DNA of 64,000 bases from Octopus bimaculoides (taxonomy: Eukaryota): the NCBI RefSeq assembly GCF_001194135.2, contig NC_068997.1, positions 54,702,099 through 54,766,098 on the forward strand, in the 5' to 3' direction. The notes under the pieces were generated by a model that saw only the letters and a program-made list of their open reading frames with translations, made no database searches and had not been told where the DNA came from. The number at the start of each line of letters is the position of its first letter. The stretch's first letter is position 1. This document shows positions 1-13,227 of this stretch, one piece after another. The position numbers and the translations under genes are program-made.

Positions 1-457
1 ATCATGATAGAAATAGTGCTTAGTAGGCACATCATTAATCAAGCTGCTAAAAGGAACGTAAGGACTCTGACAGGCCAACTGATTCATTGATCAAATTTAT
101 TAGTCAAGGAATTAATTATTTAACTTGTTGAATAATGAAATGCATCCAAAGTGTGTGTTAATATCAACAAAGTGACCCTCCCAAGATACAATGACATTTG
201 TTTCAAGATACCTCACATCAAGAGACTTGCAAAACAAACAGAAAATTGAAATAATAGTCCAACATTTAAAATTCATAAAATAAACCTGAAGTATAAATAG
301 AAATTATTTGGTAATAATTGAGATTTTTTCTTTTTTTGTCTAATTACTAATGTGCAGTGTTTTAATCCTGTGTAGGCTGACACAGGAATAAACTAAAGAA
401 TTGAAGTATGAAACAATTGCTAAAATATATTCCTGTGTTAGGTTTGGACAGAAGAGA

Positions 458-461
<4 letters not shown>

Positions 462-501
<40 letters not shown>
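462..501. repeat. (GA)n microsatellite
   Basis: About 20 units, directly visible. Confidence 0.97.
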
Positions 502-505
<4 letters not shown>

Positions 506-1916
506 ACAGAAATAACAGAAATAGAGTGAAAAAGTTAAAGCTGTGATGCATTTATATAATGCGATACAGCAGTTGACAAGTAAAGAAGAAAAGAATGGCA
601 AACACATAAGTTATAATTTGCTCAACTTCAAAAGTTTTTTTTGACAGTCAATTCTTTGGGATTAAGTGAAGCATGAAGAACATAATGTTTGTATAATGAG
701 AACTAGGCATCAGTTTTATGATGGTTTTATTGGTCTTCAGATAGATTATGAATCCAAAGATGAAGTCAATTTTTTTTTTTTTTGTTGATTCTGTTACAAA
801 TACAGGTTTTAAAAGATTTCAAGGATAATTTCATTTGGAAAAATGACAACATGATTATTGACCCCTGAACTAATCAATGTTTTTAATCAACAATGAAAGA
901 AAATATTATTGTGACCTGACCTCCTATTTCCAAGTTGGTTTGACTGTTTGATTTCTCTGCTTGCACTATGACCCACCAGATGGTCAAACATCAGAGATTC
1001 TAGTAATTAGTTCAGATTCATTGAGTGTAAACTTAATAGTAACCATAAATTGGAATCTGTCCAACTTTCAGTCTTTTAAAGTTCAATCTCCACAGTTGTT
1101 AGATTTTGAAGCTCTGTCATTTATTACAGCATACAATTTTATTTGCTAACTTTGTGCATATTTCAAATTGAGTTTTCTTATTTTCTCTTTCTGTTTTCAT
1201 ACTTAAAAATTTTATGATTAAATCATTGAACACAAGTCAAGTGAAAGTAGATGTAGTGATAATTTTGAGCAAATCTTTAACCTAGAGTCGATTTGTTATG
1301 TGAAGCAGAAATTATATGAAGAGTGTTTTAACCTTTATGTCTGTAATATTATTAGGTTAACCATTTCATGCATGGAATAGCCAGTTGTGGTTACATACTT
1401 GCATATCAATGGTGCAAAGAAAACTAATCTCTGACATGATTTTATTGTTTAATATGTCTATTTCCTCCCATCAATATCATAATGTAGCTAGTTTTATATA
1501 CCTGTTTTTGATAATAGCATCTAAATACAGAATAAAAAGGATTTTAAGCTTAATAGGGGTTACCTAGCATATATCAGAAGACAATAGTCTTTGGGGAAAT
1601 GGCAAATCTGGCAGAATACAGGATTAAATGTAGCTAGTTATATAGCTTTACATTCAGTCAAAATATTGCTGAAGCTGTCTTCTGAAATCTTTCATTGTTT
1701 TCAGGTGATGAAGTAAATTCTAACCAATGACTAACCATGAAAATTGGCTACATACTTAAAACAAATTTTTTGTCTTAAACCAGCATTAGAAACCTGTATT
1801 GAGATACAAGAGTAGTCAGCACAGATAACTGTTTGCAGTTACAGCTGGCCACGTGTATAAACTACTTTATAAAAGAAAATGAGAAACCAGATGCATGCTG
1901 TTTCTTTGACCCTCTC

Positions 1917-1933
1917 TTTTTCTCTCTCTTTCT

Positions 1934-1970
<37 letters not shown>
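1917..1970. repeat. (CT)n microsatellite
   Basis: Directly visible. Confidence 0.95.
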
Positions 1971-1974
<4 letters not shown>

Positions 1975-2188
1975 ATGCTTTGAAATTCTCTTATAACTGC
2001 ATTGTTAGTTTACTCTGAATAACTTTCACATTTCATTTGTAGGTGTTTGATATGATTTTCAGTTTTTTTTCTTCATAATATTAAAGCAATGGAAGTAAAT
2101 AAAGGCTAAAAGAATTTACAATGAATTCTGTTTACAATTACAATTTGAGGATATTATTTAAAAAAAAAATGAATTAAAGATCAATTAC

Positions 2189-2376
2189 CCGAAAACTTTC
2201 TATATTCCTACTGCCTAATTTTGGACATGGCCTTCCACCGAATAGAGGGCTCTGCTCAACGGTTCTGTACCTTTCACGGAAGCCATAACCACATGAAGCA
2301 TTACACATAGACCAAGAACTCCATTGTGACATCAGACAATCTACTGGGCAAGAAACAGAACAGGATTCGAATTTAT
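2189..2376 (-). CDS. THSD7A: THSD7-like exon I (188 bp, phase 1-0): (D)KFESCSVSCPVDCLMSQWSSWSMCNASCGYGFRERYRTVEQSPLFGGRPCPKLGSRNIESFR
   Basis: Acceptor ttttcAG|ATAAA, donor CGG|GTaatt; canonical spondin-type TSR; inside ORF 2174..2419. Confidence 0.9.
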
Positions 2377-2489
2377 CTGAAAAATAAAACATTAAGTTGA
2401 AGCAATAAATAGTGTTCAATGAAACAGTTAAAACCTGTGGGACCAGAAATCTTTTTACATATCTAAGACAATATATTTGTAAAGTCTTC

Positions 2490-2530
<41 letters not shown>

Positions 2531-2629
2531 ATAAGAGTGAAAAAACTACAGAAGGCTTGTGTTACATGGTTAAAGTATATATTTAAATTATGTCAGAAAA
2601 ATGTTATAAATTGTTTTTGGTATATAAAC

Positions 2630-2986
2630 NNNNNNNNNNNNNNNNNNNNNNNNNNNNNNNNNNNNNNNNNNNNNNNNNNNNNNNNNNNNNNNNNNNNNNN
2701 NNNNNNNNNNNNNNNNNNNNNNNNNNNNNNNNNNNNNNNNNNNNNNNNNNNNNNNNNNNNNNNNNNNNNNNNNNNNNNNNNNNNNNNNNNNNNNNNNNNN
2801 NNNNNNNNNNNNNNNNNNNNNNNNNNNNNNNNNNNNNNNNNNNNNNNNNNNNNNNNNNNNNNNNNNNNNNNNNNNNNNNNNNNNNNNNNNNNNNNNNNNN
2901 NNNNNNNNNNNNNNNNNNNNNNNNNNNNNNNNNNNNNNNNNNNNNNNNNNNNNNNNNNNNNNNNNNNNNNNNNNNNNNNNNNNNNN
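2630..2986. other. Assembly gap (N run); other gaps at 15832-16216 and 24114-24123
   Basis: Runs of n flanked by microsatellites. Confidence 0.99.
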
Positions 2987-4326
2987 ATATATATGTATAT
3001 ATATATATATATGTATATTCTTTGTATTTAATATATAGCAAATTGAATGTGAAGTATTGTAAAATCTGCACACATTACTTCTTATATTTGGTAACATATT
3101 ACATAAAGAACTAAAAGATATCTTTCAGATATAGTTTAGCAGATGAATTGCAGAAAAAAAAAAAAAGAATTCATTGTTTTAGATATTGTTCACTAATTTT
3201 GTTTTAAAGGTTTGTCTGGAGAACCAAACTAAGCAAGACATCTTAAAGTTCATTTTGTTTTCAAATTCTTTTGCATTTTTATTAAATTTTCTGTTTTACA
3301 TGAAATATTCAATTTCTGTAGGTTTAATTTGTTAATATTATTTGTTAATTGTCAGCTAATTTAAAGCAATTACATGTCTCAATTGTCAGAACAGATACCT
3401 AGTGATTGGAATAATTGTGGTTTATTCACCAGAACTGATTATGAGAAAATACAAAACTATGAAATGAAGAAATTATTTAGTAATAACTGTAGAACTGTAG
3501 AGATAGTTTGTCTTGAAATAGTTTGCACGCACATATATTTAAATATACATGTGCACACTGATACACACACACACAAACATATCATGTGTACACATGTATG
3601 TGTGTATGTATTAGATATATTAATATATTGTCTGTTTTGGAGTGCTGATGGTGTATGTGTGTCGTATAAATGGTTTTGTATGTCTACATGCATACGTTGA
3701 TCTCTGTTGAATGAATAAGAGGAGTACTCAATACATGTTGTAGATCGTAGGGTCATTTGTGTGCGTGTGTGAGTGAGAGAGTCTGTGAAGCTGAGTGTGC
3801 ATATAGATGTGAAGTTGCAATCATGTATAGATGTTATCATGCTTGTGTGAGTGTGTATGCATGCATCTACAGTATATGTGACATGGTAAACATTTAATAA
3901 ACTTCATATGTGTTTATATATATATTTATTCACTTAAACTGTGCATGAATGCTTTAGATTAAGCAATGGGAGACAGTGCATTACAAAGCAATAATATGCA
4001 TTTTACTTGTAACTAACACTAAATAATGACTGCATTCTAGTTGAATAAAGCATGGAGGCACCGGTGAGTTGATGAAGGAATGTAACTGTCAGTCACAGCC
4101 TAATTTTCAATCTCCCGATATGCAATGTAATTTTTGTACACATTTTACACTTTGTATTGTGTCCTTTAACTTTTTGTTCAGACTAATAATACCATTTATA
4201 ATATACATATATGAGACATGCACAAGTTCCACTATCCCACCGCTCTACAATTCAGTTACTACCTGCAGCCATCTATGATGATTGGTGAGGATGTGACTTC
4301 ATGTATCTGCAAAGAATGATGTATGT

Positions 4327-4476
4327 GCACATGCAGGAAATGACTGTGGTTAAAAAATCTTACTTCTCAATTATGAATTTTGGCTCGGTCCTACTACATG
4401 GGACCTTGGGCAAGCACATTCTTATATGACTTGTGAGTGCATGTGATTGATGGAAACTATGGAATCCTGTCTTGTC
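4327..4476 (+). mobile_element. SINE family B copy, degraded
   Basis: gtggttaaaaaatcttacttctcaa..ggaccttgggcaagc..ttgtgagtg..gatggaaact. Confidence 0.55.
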
Positions 4477-4831
4477 TGTATATATTTATGTAAATGTTCA
4501 CATAGTACATTTTGCCTAAAGAATCTCTGTAAAACTTAGATTTCTAAATAGCCACCAATTCAATCAAAACTTAGTTCAATTTCTTTTTTTGTCACAACTG
4601 TTTTTTTTTTCCTGTTCTTTAATGCTCCCTACATTAAGCATGTTAGCATTAACTTTATTGATTCTTCAGGTGGATGGTAGCTAAGAGTAATTTATTCTGA
4701 GAACATTTCTACTTTTCTGCACCAACAAATTGACATTTACTCTGTGGTTTTCTAATCATTACTTCATAAAGAGATCCGAGAAGACCAATACATGCTTAGA
4801 TTTATCTTCTGTACATAAAATAATAATAGTA

Positions 4832-4880
<49 letters not shown>

Positions 4881-4893
4881 GCAATAATAATAA
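4832..4893. repeat. (AAT)n microsatellite
   Basis: Directly visible. Confidence 0.97.
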
Positions 4894-6176
4894 TAGGTCA
4901 ATCACATCAGTTTTTTTTCCTCACTTCATAATTTCTTTTGGCTAGCTTTTTAATCATGTCTCACCCTCCTGCACTAACTTAAACTAATACTCTTTCTCAT
5001 GAAACATAATTGTTAGTGTTAGTTAATATTCCTTGAATAAAATTAACTATATATGGAATGAAATGTCTTTCTACTTGCTACTCTACAGTATGTGGCAGTA
5101 AGTCTTGAAAAGATAGAATTTCATAAAATTGCTTTATTAATTAGACACTTCAAAAATCTCACCCTATACTCATTCCTTCAAAAATTAATAGGTTCCTGAA
5201 TAACAATTCTCAACTATAGTAAAATGTCTAATTATATTATTGAAACCATATATTTACAGCTCAGTGAAGAATTCAATAACAGTATTACTCTAATTACTGA
5301 TTTAACGAAAAACTATAATAGATCTTTAAAAATATTTACATATACATCTAGGAAAATGTAGCATAGATCTGGGGAAAAGATTTTCAAAAAACTTTTGGTG
5401 ATTTTTTTGAGTCGGTGAATAATTGTGATAACTATGTTTAGCTGGAACATAAAAAATGCAACATGCACTTAAAAGAAAACAATGAAATATTAGCATTCTA
5501 AATGGACTGATTTATTATGCAGATCTAAATTAATACATATAACCTAACACATGAGAGATGAATATCTATCTCATATCTGCACTTATTTTAAATGGAGATA
5601 AAAATTTAAATAACGGAAATAATATAAATGAAATAACAAAATAAATTACCAAATTACAAAGAATGCATAATTTTTCATGCATGTTTAACTTTTAACTATT
5701 GTTTTATATTTAATCATAATTTTCTATTTACAAAACCTTTCTACGATAATGTTTCCATAACTATCGTCGCAGACATTGAAGATGTTTATTGAGCTGCTAC
5801 TTAAAGGGGATGGCGTTCATAAAAACAAACAAAACAACTGTTTTTCAGAAAACAAAAAAAACTCTAAAACAAATGGATTGAATACAAACTTCAAAACAAA
5901 TAAATTGTAAGAAGGAAAACAAATAGGTTAGATAACAAGGATGAATAATAGAGATATTCTTGACGATGGAAGCGATGAGTGGGACAGTCTCATGACGTTT
6001 ATATAGTATATTGTCGTTTATCAAAGTACCGTAAATACTAGATTACTCTTGATCTCTGATCACTGCAATCTTATAAGGAATTAACTTTTTCAAAAAGTTG
6101 GGTAAAAAAATTGAAGAAATAGTTTGTAATGGTACCATTGAAAGTTTATGAGGTAAACATGTAGTTACTTTAATAT

Positions 6177-6260
6177 CAACCCTTTAGCATACAGATTACT
6201 CAGTCAAATTTTATATCTATGAATTCACATTGTTTTGAATTAATCATGCATTATCTTCTA
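6177..6260 (-). mobile_element. Partial copy of the same piggyBac-like MITE
   Basis: caaccctttagcatacagattactcagtcaaat..tcacattgtttt..taatcatgcattatct matches the reverse complement of 7205-7287. Confidence 0.55.
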
Positions 6261-6472
6261 CATTTGAGGTTCTGATGATGTGGCCTGTGAGGTGGGGTGG
6301 CTGTTTCAGCAAGTGTCACTTGCCATTCTTTGCATTGACATCTTTGCAATCATGTCTGCAAGGCATGGCTGAACACTTCATTTGTTCTGGGATGTACAAC
6401 CTAAGCTGTGTGTTTGTTAGTTACTGTTTGTATTTTGAGTAGTTGTTGTCCTAAAGGCAATAAACTACTTGA

Positions 6473-6512
<40 letters not shown>

Positions 6513-6519
6513 TATATAA

Positions 6520-6635
6520 GTCATTGGTTGACCAAAGGTTAAATCAGAAAGCACTTGTCCAATACAACAAGCAGTGGGACTGAACCAGAAACCATTGTTG
6601 TAAAGCAAACTTCTTAAATATACACACAGCCATAT
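6520..6635 (-). mobile_element. SINE family B copy, degraded
   Basis: cacttgtccaa..gcagtgggactgaacc..aaccat..agcaaacttctt..cacacagcc is the reverse complement of the family B head. Confidence 0.55.
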
Positions 6636-7081
6636 CTGGGCCTTTCAACCCATCTGGAGTATTTAGAAAAGAATATTCCAGGTTAGAGTTTACTATTTGT
6701 GATTTATTGCTATGATATAGCTTGAAACAAGCTAATATGTTTCACTATGCTTGAAGTAAAAAGACTTCTCCAACAACGAGATAATACAAATTTAACTTTA
6801 AAGAATATAACGGTAACGTCTATTCATACGAATTAATATAATTTACAGCTCTGTAGTAAAACTGAAAAGAATTTTCAAACATCTCCTATGTTTTGTGTAA
6901 TGCTATTTTTAAAATGAATAACAGTTCTTAATAAATCCATTGAAATGTTTGTCAGAGCTCTGAACGCTGTTTGTCAATAAAGGATATAGATATGATAGTG
7001 TGTATGGTGAAGTTTTTTCTTTTACTTAATACTTTCAGATGGGCTTGCTAACATACTTGACTGAATATAAAGAATATTTCT

Positions 7082-7287
7082 TTAACCCTTTACCTTTTAA
7101 ACTAAATTATTCTGTTTTATTCTCAAACAAGCCAGTTCTGATCTCTTACACCTACCCAACAATGTCAGTCCAAAAATAGTCATATCATTGAAATCTTGAA
7201 ACTACGAGATAATGCAAGTTTAACTGGAAACTATGTGAGTAAATAAGCATTACATTTGACAGAGTAATCAGAATGTTAAAGAGTTAA
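7082..7287 (+). mobile_element. piggyBac-like MITE (about 200 bp) flanked by TTAA
   Basis: TTAA|CCCTTTACCTT ... AATGTTAAAGAG|TTAA, imperfect TIRs with TTAA at both ends. A partial inverted copy of its right end lies at 6177-6260. Confidence 0.65.
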
Positions 7288-7301
7288 GTATGTTGAATGA
7301 T

Positions 7302-7419
7302 AGGTGCAGGTGTGGTTTGTGGTAAAAAGCTTGCTTCCCAACCACATGGTCCCATGTTCAATTCCGCTGCATGGCTACTTGGAGAAGTGTCTTCTGCTAT
7401 AGCCTCAGGCCAACCAAAG
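7302..7419 (+). mobile_element. tRNA-derived SINE 'family B' head
   Basis: ggtgcagg..gtggtaaaaagcttgcttcccaaccacatggt..gttcaattccgctgc..aagtgtcttctgctatagcctcaggccaaccaaag; related copies at 4327, 26733 and 38445 (+) and at 6520, 19535 and 41935 (-). Confidence 0.75.
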
Positions 7420-8482
7420 TGAGGTTGAGGCAGAGTTGTTAATGGCGCTTTCCTGTCAATAACTTGTTTGCATGTTTTGTGCCTTCAAGACCATTTGAAA
7501 TAAGAGATCCTTTATTAAAAATGGTAAAGGTTGACATCAGAAAGGGCTCTAAAACAATACATCAATAACATTTTTATCTGAACCCTGCCAGGGTGGAAAA
7601 GTGGGTGTAATATGAATGAATGATTAAAACTAGGTACTATAAGTTGCATAATTTTTAAAAATTATTTCACCTTGTTATGGAAAACAACAAAATTAAAATT
7701 AAATAAAAAAAAAAGAGAATTAAAGAATAATTTAGTAAGAGCATGCATTTTATGTTAATCCAAGATCCAAATTTTCTTACACCAAAATAAATAAATAAAA
7801 TAAGGATAAACAGGAAAACTTAATTTATAAAGTTAGAATATTCTTGACTACAAGGGAAAGAAGGGGAGAAACATTTTGCATCCTTTGTTTCCTCTGGTGT
7901 TACCAAAAATTGCAGAAGAAAATGTCACAATTATTAAGCAGAGAAATATTAAAGGAAAGCTAGAAATTATTTGGAAACTGATTAAGAATTGGAGGATATC
8001 TTTTGGCAACAGTAGACTTACACTGATATGTACAGCATGGATTTTGTGGACCTATTAATTAGATAAAAAATAAATGGCAAAAGTCACATCAGTGATGATG
8101 TTTTTGGAAATGATTCTAATGATGGATTAAAATGAGATATTTCCAGATGAAGGAGAACTCTTAAAAATCATGTATCAATATTAAATTGGAAAACAAATTA
8201 CACGAGTCTTCAAATTAATTTTGAAAAATAAAACAAATTGTTTATTCTTAATGTTTTATACATCTAAAATATATTTTGCTTGACTTATATTGCACATAAC
8301 TTATAAAGCTGTTTCATTTTTATGTTCATTAACATTATCTTGTGTTAACTTCCTACATAATCTTATGTTCATGCAGCTCATGTGATATTCATTTCCACAT
8401 TGCAAATATTTCAAATTTCATATACAAATAATTATTTACTAAATATAACTTATTTGGCTTCACTTTGTTTTATATGTCTGTC

Positions 8483-8485
<3 letters not shown>

Positions 8486-8558
<73 letters not shown>

Positions 8559-8675
8559 GTGTGTGTATGTATGTGCGTATATGCATATATATGTATGTAT
8601 GCATATGTATATATATGTATGTATGTATGCATGTATATATATGTATATGTATGCATGTATATATATGTGTATGCG
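8486..8675. repeat. Compound (TA)n/(TATG)n/(TG)n repeat
   Basis: Directly visible; source of the spurious IY-rich ORFs. Confidence 0.95.
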
Positions 8676-8769
8676 TACTGGACAAGTATCTACTTTTACA
8701 ACCACTAATAAATTCCTTGTGAAACTATGAAATCCAGTCACATACACATGCATGCACATGTGTGTATGT

Positions 8770-8936
8770 GCCTGCAAATGTTGGTGTTGCAACCGGTTGG
8801 TCTGCACTTCCATAAAGCAGTGGGGAAAGAAATCCCTTCCTTCAAAAACAGGTGATTGCACCAGAAAGGGCATCCAACTGTAAAATGTTGCCTCAAACGG
8901 GTTTCAACCTATACTAGTAAAACAGATGTTAAACAT
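8770..8936 (-). mobile_element. Diverged family A-related repeat
   Basis: agaaagggcatccaactgtaaaa ... aaaacagatgttaaaca resembles reverse-complement family A. Confidence 0.5.
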
Positions 8937-10938
8937 ATGCATGAATGAGAGAAGTTTTGTTATGAATATCCTAACAAACATTGCCAATAGTTGTAAAAAG
9001 ATAAACAGACATTTAGAGACATAAATTGACTTACAGATAATTACATGAATTTAAGGGAATTTATGAAGAATTTAAGTAGTTGTGTTCTTTTCTTTTTGCA
9101 TTTATAATCCAGCTTTCAATATCTTCCCTTTGATTTCATAAACTTCCACTTATCTATCTGTCTCCATAACAACTTCCTCCCTGTCAACCACCCTCTATCC
9201 TAATATATTTCTTCAATAAAACCCCGCATTTCCTTTTTTAAACTTTCTTGTATTCATCATTGTATTCATCTCTCATTCTACCTTTTTATCTGCACTTGTC
9301 TATCTATCTTACTATTTTATTCATCCTAATAGTTTTCTTAAGCACTCACATAAACAGCAATAACCACTACCCCCTGTCCTAACCCCCAAAAAACAATAAA
9401 AAAAGCAAACTAAAATTACATCCCATTCCCACCACAAACATTGGATATCACCATACTACAAAAAGGAAAAAACTGAGAAGGCAGAAAACTAGCAGCCAAA
9501 CAGCAAATACAAAACAGAAAAGTTTCTCACATATCACTGATGACAACATGATTATCACTCAAGATGAACATTATCGTTATAACTGCAAATATGACTTTCT
9601 CCTACAAAATATTTAAAATTTTATTCCCCAGATCATTTCTTTGCTATCCAGCTCTAGTTAGTTACTCTACTAGCAATGAAGTATAGATTGTCATTACATT
9701 TTAAGTCTCTATCCAATTTAGTAAATATGTACAAACTACTTTCGGTATAAAAAAACATTTTGAAATGTATTATAAGCTGTACACTTATTAAAATTAGTTT
9801 TGAAATATGCTTTATTTGATGTTTAACCTTTTTAAATGAATATAAAGTCAAACATTAGTTCAATATATAATCAGATTGTCTTTTAGAAAAGTGATAAAAT
9901 GAAAGAAATAGTTGTTTTGCTGAAAAACTAAAATAAATATTCTACATTTTATGAGATTGAAAATGTATTATTGAAAACAGACTTCAATGGATCCTCAAAT
10001 TATATACAATGCTAGATATTTTAATAAAGTATTCCTTTTGATACTTAGTCTATTTAACAAATAACTTTTAGTTGTATAAATACTTTTAACTGAAGTATGT
10101 TTAAAACTGTTATATACAAATGAGTATAATTGTGAACTGATTTATGCAGAATAAACAAATCTGCACTCACTTGTTGCAAGTTATTGCATAAAATTGTGAT
10201 ATTAGATTTTGCTTTACTTCAAAGTAAAAAAAACTGATGTTTACATTCCGCAAAGATATTGATTAATTTGTATAAAGATGTAGGTTTTTACACATCATTA
10301 GCTTTTATGCTTATAGCTGTTTAACTCTCTGTCTCCCTCTAAAATTATATATGCAAATAGTGGTGATGAGCTGAGATTTCACACACACACACACACTACT
10401 GATGCACATTTTATATTTAAATGTGCATGTGTATATGCAATATTTACTTTGTAAATTGTGTTATTTTCATACTATGTGCAAATGCAAACTTTGCCTGAAA
10501 TGTCTATGCAAAGTCTAAGTTTCTCTGATCTCTTTTAAGTAGAATGCTAAAAACAGCTAAGAACATCATTGCATTTAAATGTATTTGGTCATCTCTGAAG
10601 TTAATATATTGTATATATACATATATTAAGATATAATTATATTTTAATAATTTGAGATGTCAACTGGATATGTGTATTTCAAAGGAGGGTCAAGTGCTAA
10701 GTAATATTGTTAAATTGATATTTCATATGTAAACTTTTATCATTCAGTCTGTAAGGACTTAGATTAATATACAACAGAGATTAAATGGAAACAATAGAGA
10801 ACATATGTTTGGAACCATTGAATGGAACTGAAATTTCAACATTACATACACCCTTTTTATGTTTGATGTCTTCATCAGTTTGAAATGGATATAAAAGAGC
10901 AGGAAATGGAAAGCATGAGTAAAAATAAGGAACCAAAC

Positions 10939-11268
10939 CTGCATGGGAACACTGGGAAGTTCCTTTCAAAATGTTATTACTGTTGAGACATAGTAATGCT
11001 TTATAAGCTTTTCCCTCTCCACAGTCTGATTGTTCCAAAGATTCTTCATCAGTTGTTGATTGCATCTCTGGGCCTTGATGAGAAAATGGAGAGAAAAGAT
11101 GTGATGTGTCAATTTTATCTACTGGGGTGGCTCTTATTGGTTCTTCGATTATGCAGTCTGAGAGATTACCAATAACTACTGGCTGAAATGGATCACATTG
11201 ACAGTGCCTTCTCTGATAGCGAGGATATCTCTCACGGTTCTTGCATTCTGAATTATACTTGCTTTTAC
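10939..11268 (-). CDS. THSD7A: THSD7-like exon H (330 bp, phase 1-1): (S)KSKYNSECKNRERYPRYQRRHCQCDPFQPVVIGNLSDCIIEEP...EQSDCGEGKAYKALLCLNSNNILKGTSQCSHA
   Basis: Acceptor ccttttAG|GTAAA. The donor GCAG|GTttgg is weak but gives the phase needed for exon I and keeps the expected final Cys. Inside ORF 10781..11314. Confidence 0.85.
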
Positions 11269-12573
11269 CTAAAAGGAATGAAAAATATAAATGAGTCACC
11301 ATTATAAAGCTCAAACTATAACAATATTTTAATGGTAAAAAATTTCATCATATATTTAAAGTCTAGTTTCAAGAACATCATTTACTTAGAAATATAAAAT
11401 TTGACAAAAAGAAAAAAAAAAATCTCTATAAGTGACTGAAATAAATCTATAGATAGTAGTTTATATAATCAACAGGGACACTAAAAGCACACTGGAATCA
11501 CAGACAGGCTGGCTAGGAATAAAGACTTTGTATGGGGCAATACAATAAGTTCTTTTTAGTATTTAGATGCTTCTTAAAAGTAGTTGGCAGGTTGTGGTGA
11601 TCTAGGTGGCCTATTCAAAAGTGGAGAGGGTGCTCTGAAAACAGAGTAGCCAGAATGAGAACAAAGTGGAAAAAGTTCAGGGAGCTAGTATCTCTGTGCT
11701 GGCTGGGATGGTGGTGGTGGTGGTGGGGAGTTCTCTTTGAGTGAAAGGCAGATGTTATGATGTTTGAGTTTGAACTGTGATGCATTGTGGAAGTGCAGGC
11801 TGGATAATGAATGCAGATGTTTGAAGAGTGGAAAGAAAGGAACCCTGCCATGCTGGATGTGTAATGTAAATGGGCAAGAATGTAGAGTTACAGATTAGTT
11901 GAGAGGTGTAAGAGGAATAAGATGTGCTATGCAATGTAAGACAGTACTGTTCTGATGTTGCACATTGAGGCAGAAATATGCTTATGGTTGTCCTTTTATC
12001 TCCAGGCAAAACAATGTCTTTTACTTAATGGTATCTTAATTCAGGAGATTGATTGTTGATTCCTTGATATTATCTCCATCATTTCATTTGTATTGGTTGC
12101 AAATGCCACTAGGTGTTCTGCATTATGAAAAGTTGCAATGGTACCTTATTGCAGATGCATGGTCAGCTAATGAGAAAGTGTCATATCTGTGTGTCTGATG
12201 TATCAGTTTTAGTCATGGAGTCTAACAACATTCACAGATACACAGAAATTTTCATTGGTTGTCTGCAGTTACATTCTGTGGTGGCTTTGTGTTCAGGTTT
12301 TCCATCATGGCAGTGAAATAATAAAATATTGTGGCAGTGAGTTTGTGGTTAGTTATGATACATCTGGAATTAAAGAGCTAATTATTAATTACAGCATTCC
12401 TATAATACTTGATGACCTGTTCCTAAACATGCAAGTAACTTGAACTTGCCATTAATATGATCACTTAACACTGACAATGGGTCTGTGAAATTATAGGGCT
12501 TGAACTCATTAACCTATACTCCATACTTTAATGCTTCAACCTCACATCCATTGTCTCTTTTCATTTATTTCCA

Positions 12574-12574
<1 letters not shown>

Positions 12575-12615
<41 letters not shown>

Positions 12616-12654
12616 CTATTGGGTCTCGTCAGTTTAGACTCTCTGCATCATGTT

Positions 12655-12715
<61 letters not shown>
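12575..12715. repeat. (AAT)n and (TAC)n microsatellites separated by about 40 bp
   Basis: Directly visible. Confidence 0.95.
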
Positions 12716-12717
<2 letters not shown>

Positions 12718-13214
12718 ATTGACAGTTTTACAACAGACCTACAAACTTGGAAAATAAAAGTTTGATAAATCAAATTATTTTAACAATCTACCAGTGCTTC
12801 AATACACAATGCTCTTTTCTAAATAATGAATATGTTTGAGTGCAATTGTGGACAATTTCAAAAGAGACAGAAAGAATTTTGCAGTAAATCTTTCATCTGA
12901 ATTGTCATCAACAAAAGTCTGATTTCATTTGTTTAGACTGAAAGAATAATTGACCATCACAGAGATTGTTGCTGTTTGTTTTTCCATGCTTATTTAAATA
13001 ATGTTCAGAGTAAAGCAAAAGGAAAGATTTTCTGTGTGAAGTGTAACTGGAGACATCTGATTAACAAACCATACACAATCATCAGACAGGCAATCCAAAA
13101 GAAATGGAGTATAAAAACACATTAAATTACATGATAATATTAAAAGATTATTCTGATCAATATCATGATATTCACAGTGACTGTGTAGACACCATAGACA
13201 TTGAACTTTATAAA

Positions 13215-13227
13215 AGGTCAGTGACCT
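13215..13227. promoter_or_regulatory. Perfect IR-1 nuclear receptor element AGGTCA-G-TGACCT (candidate)
   Basis: Exact consensus match; function not shown. Confidence 0.3.

Noticed and set aside
912-922. TGACCTGACCT overlapping nuclear receptor half-sites
   Set aside because: Non-canonical overlapping spacing, easily produced by slippage
900-1010. Possible next downstream THSD7 exon
   Set aside because: Minus-strand frames lack the expected PC..DC..Y.W pattern; the next exon is probably outside the window
2537-3114. Long ORFs of 155-174 aa
   Set aside because: They span the N gap and are artefacts
3374-3520. Protein-like start of ORF MSQLSEQIPSDWNNCGLF...
   Set aside because: Runs into simple repeats, no recognisable family, no clear splice sites
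8382-8873. Overlapping IY/CV/HT-rich ORFs (also 15559-16431, 28185-28489, 36156-36586, 57776-58031, 61954-62411)
   Set aside because: They are translations of (TA)n/(CA)n/(TATG)n microsatellites, which lack stops in several frames
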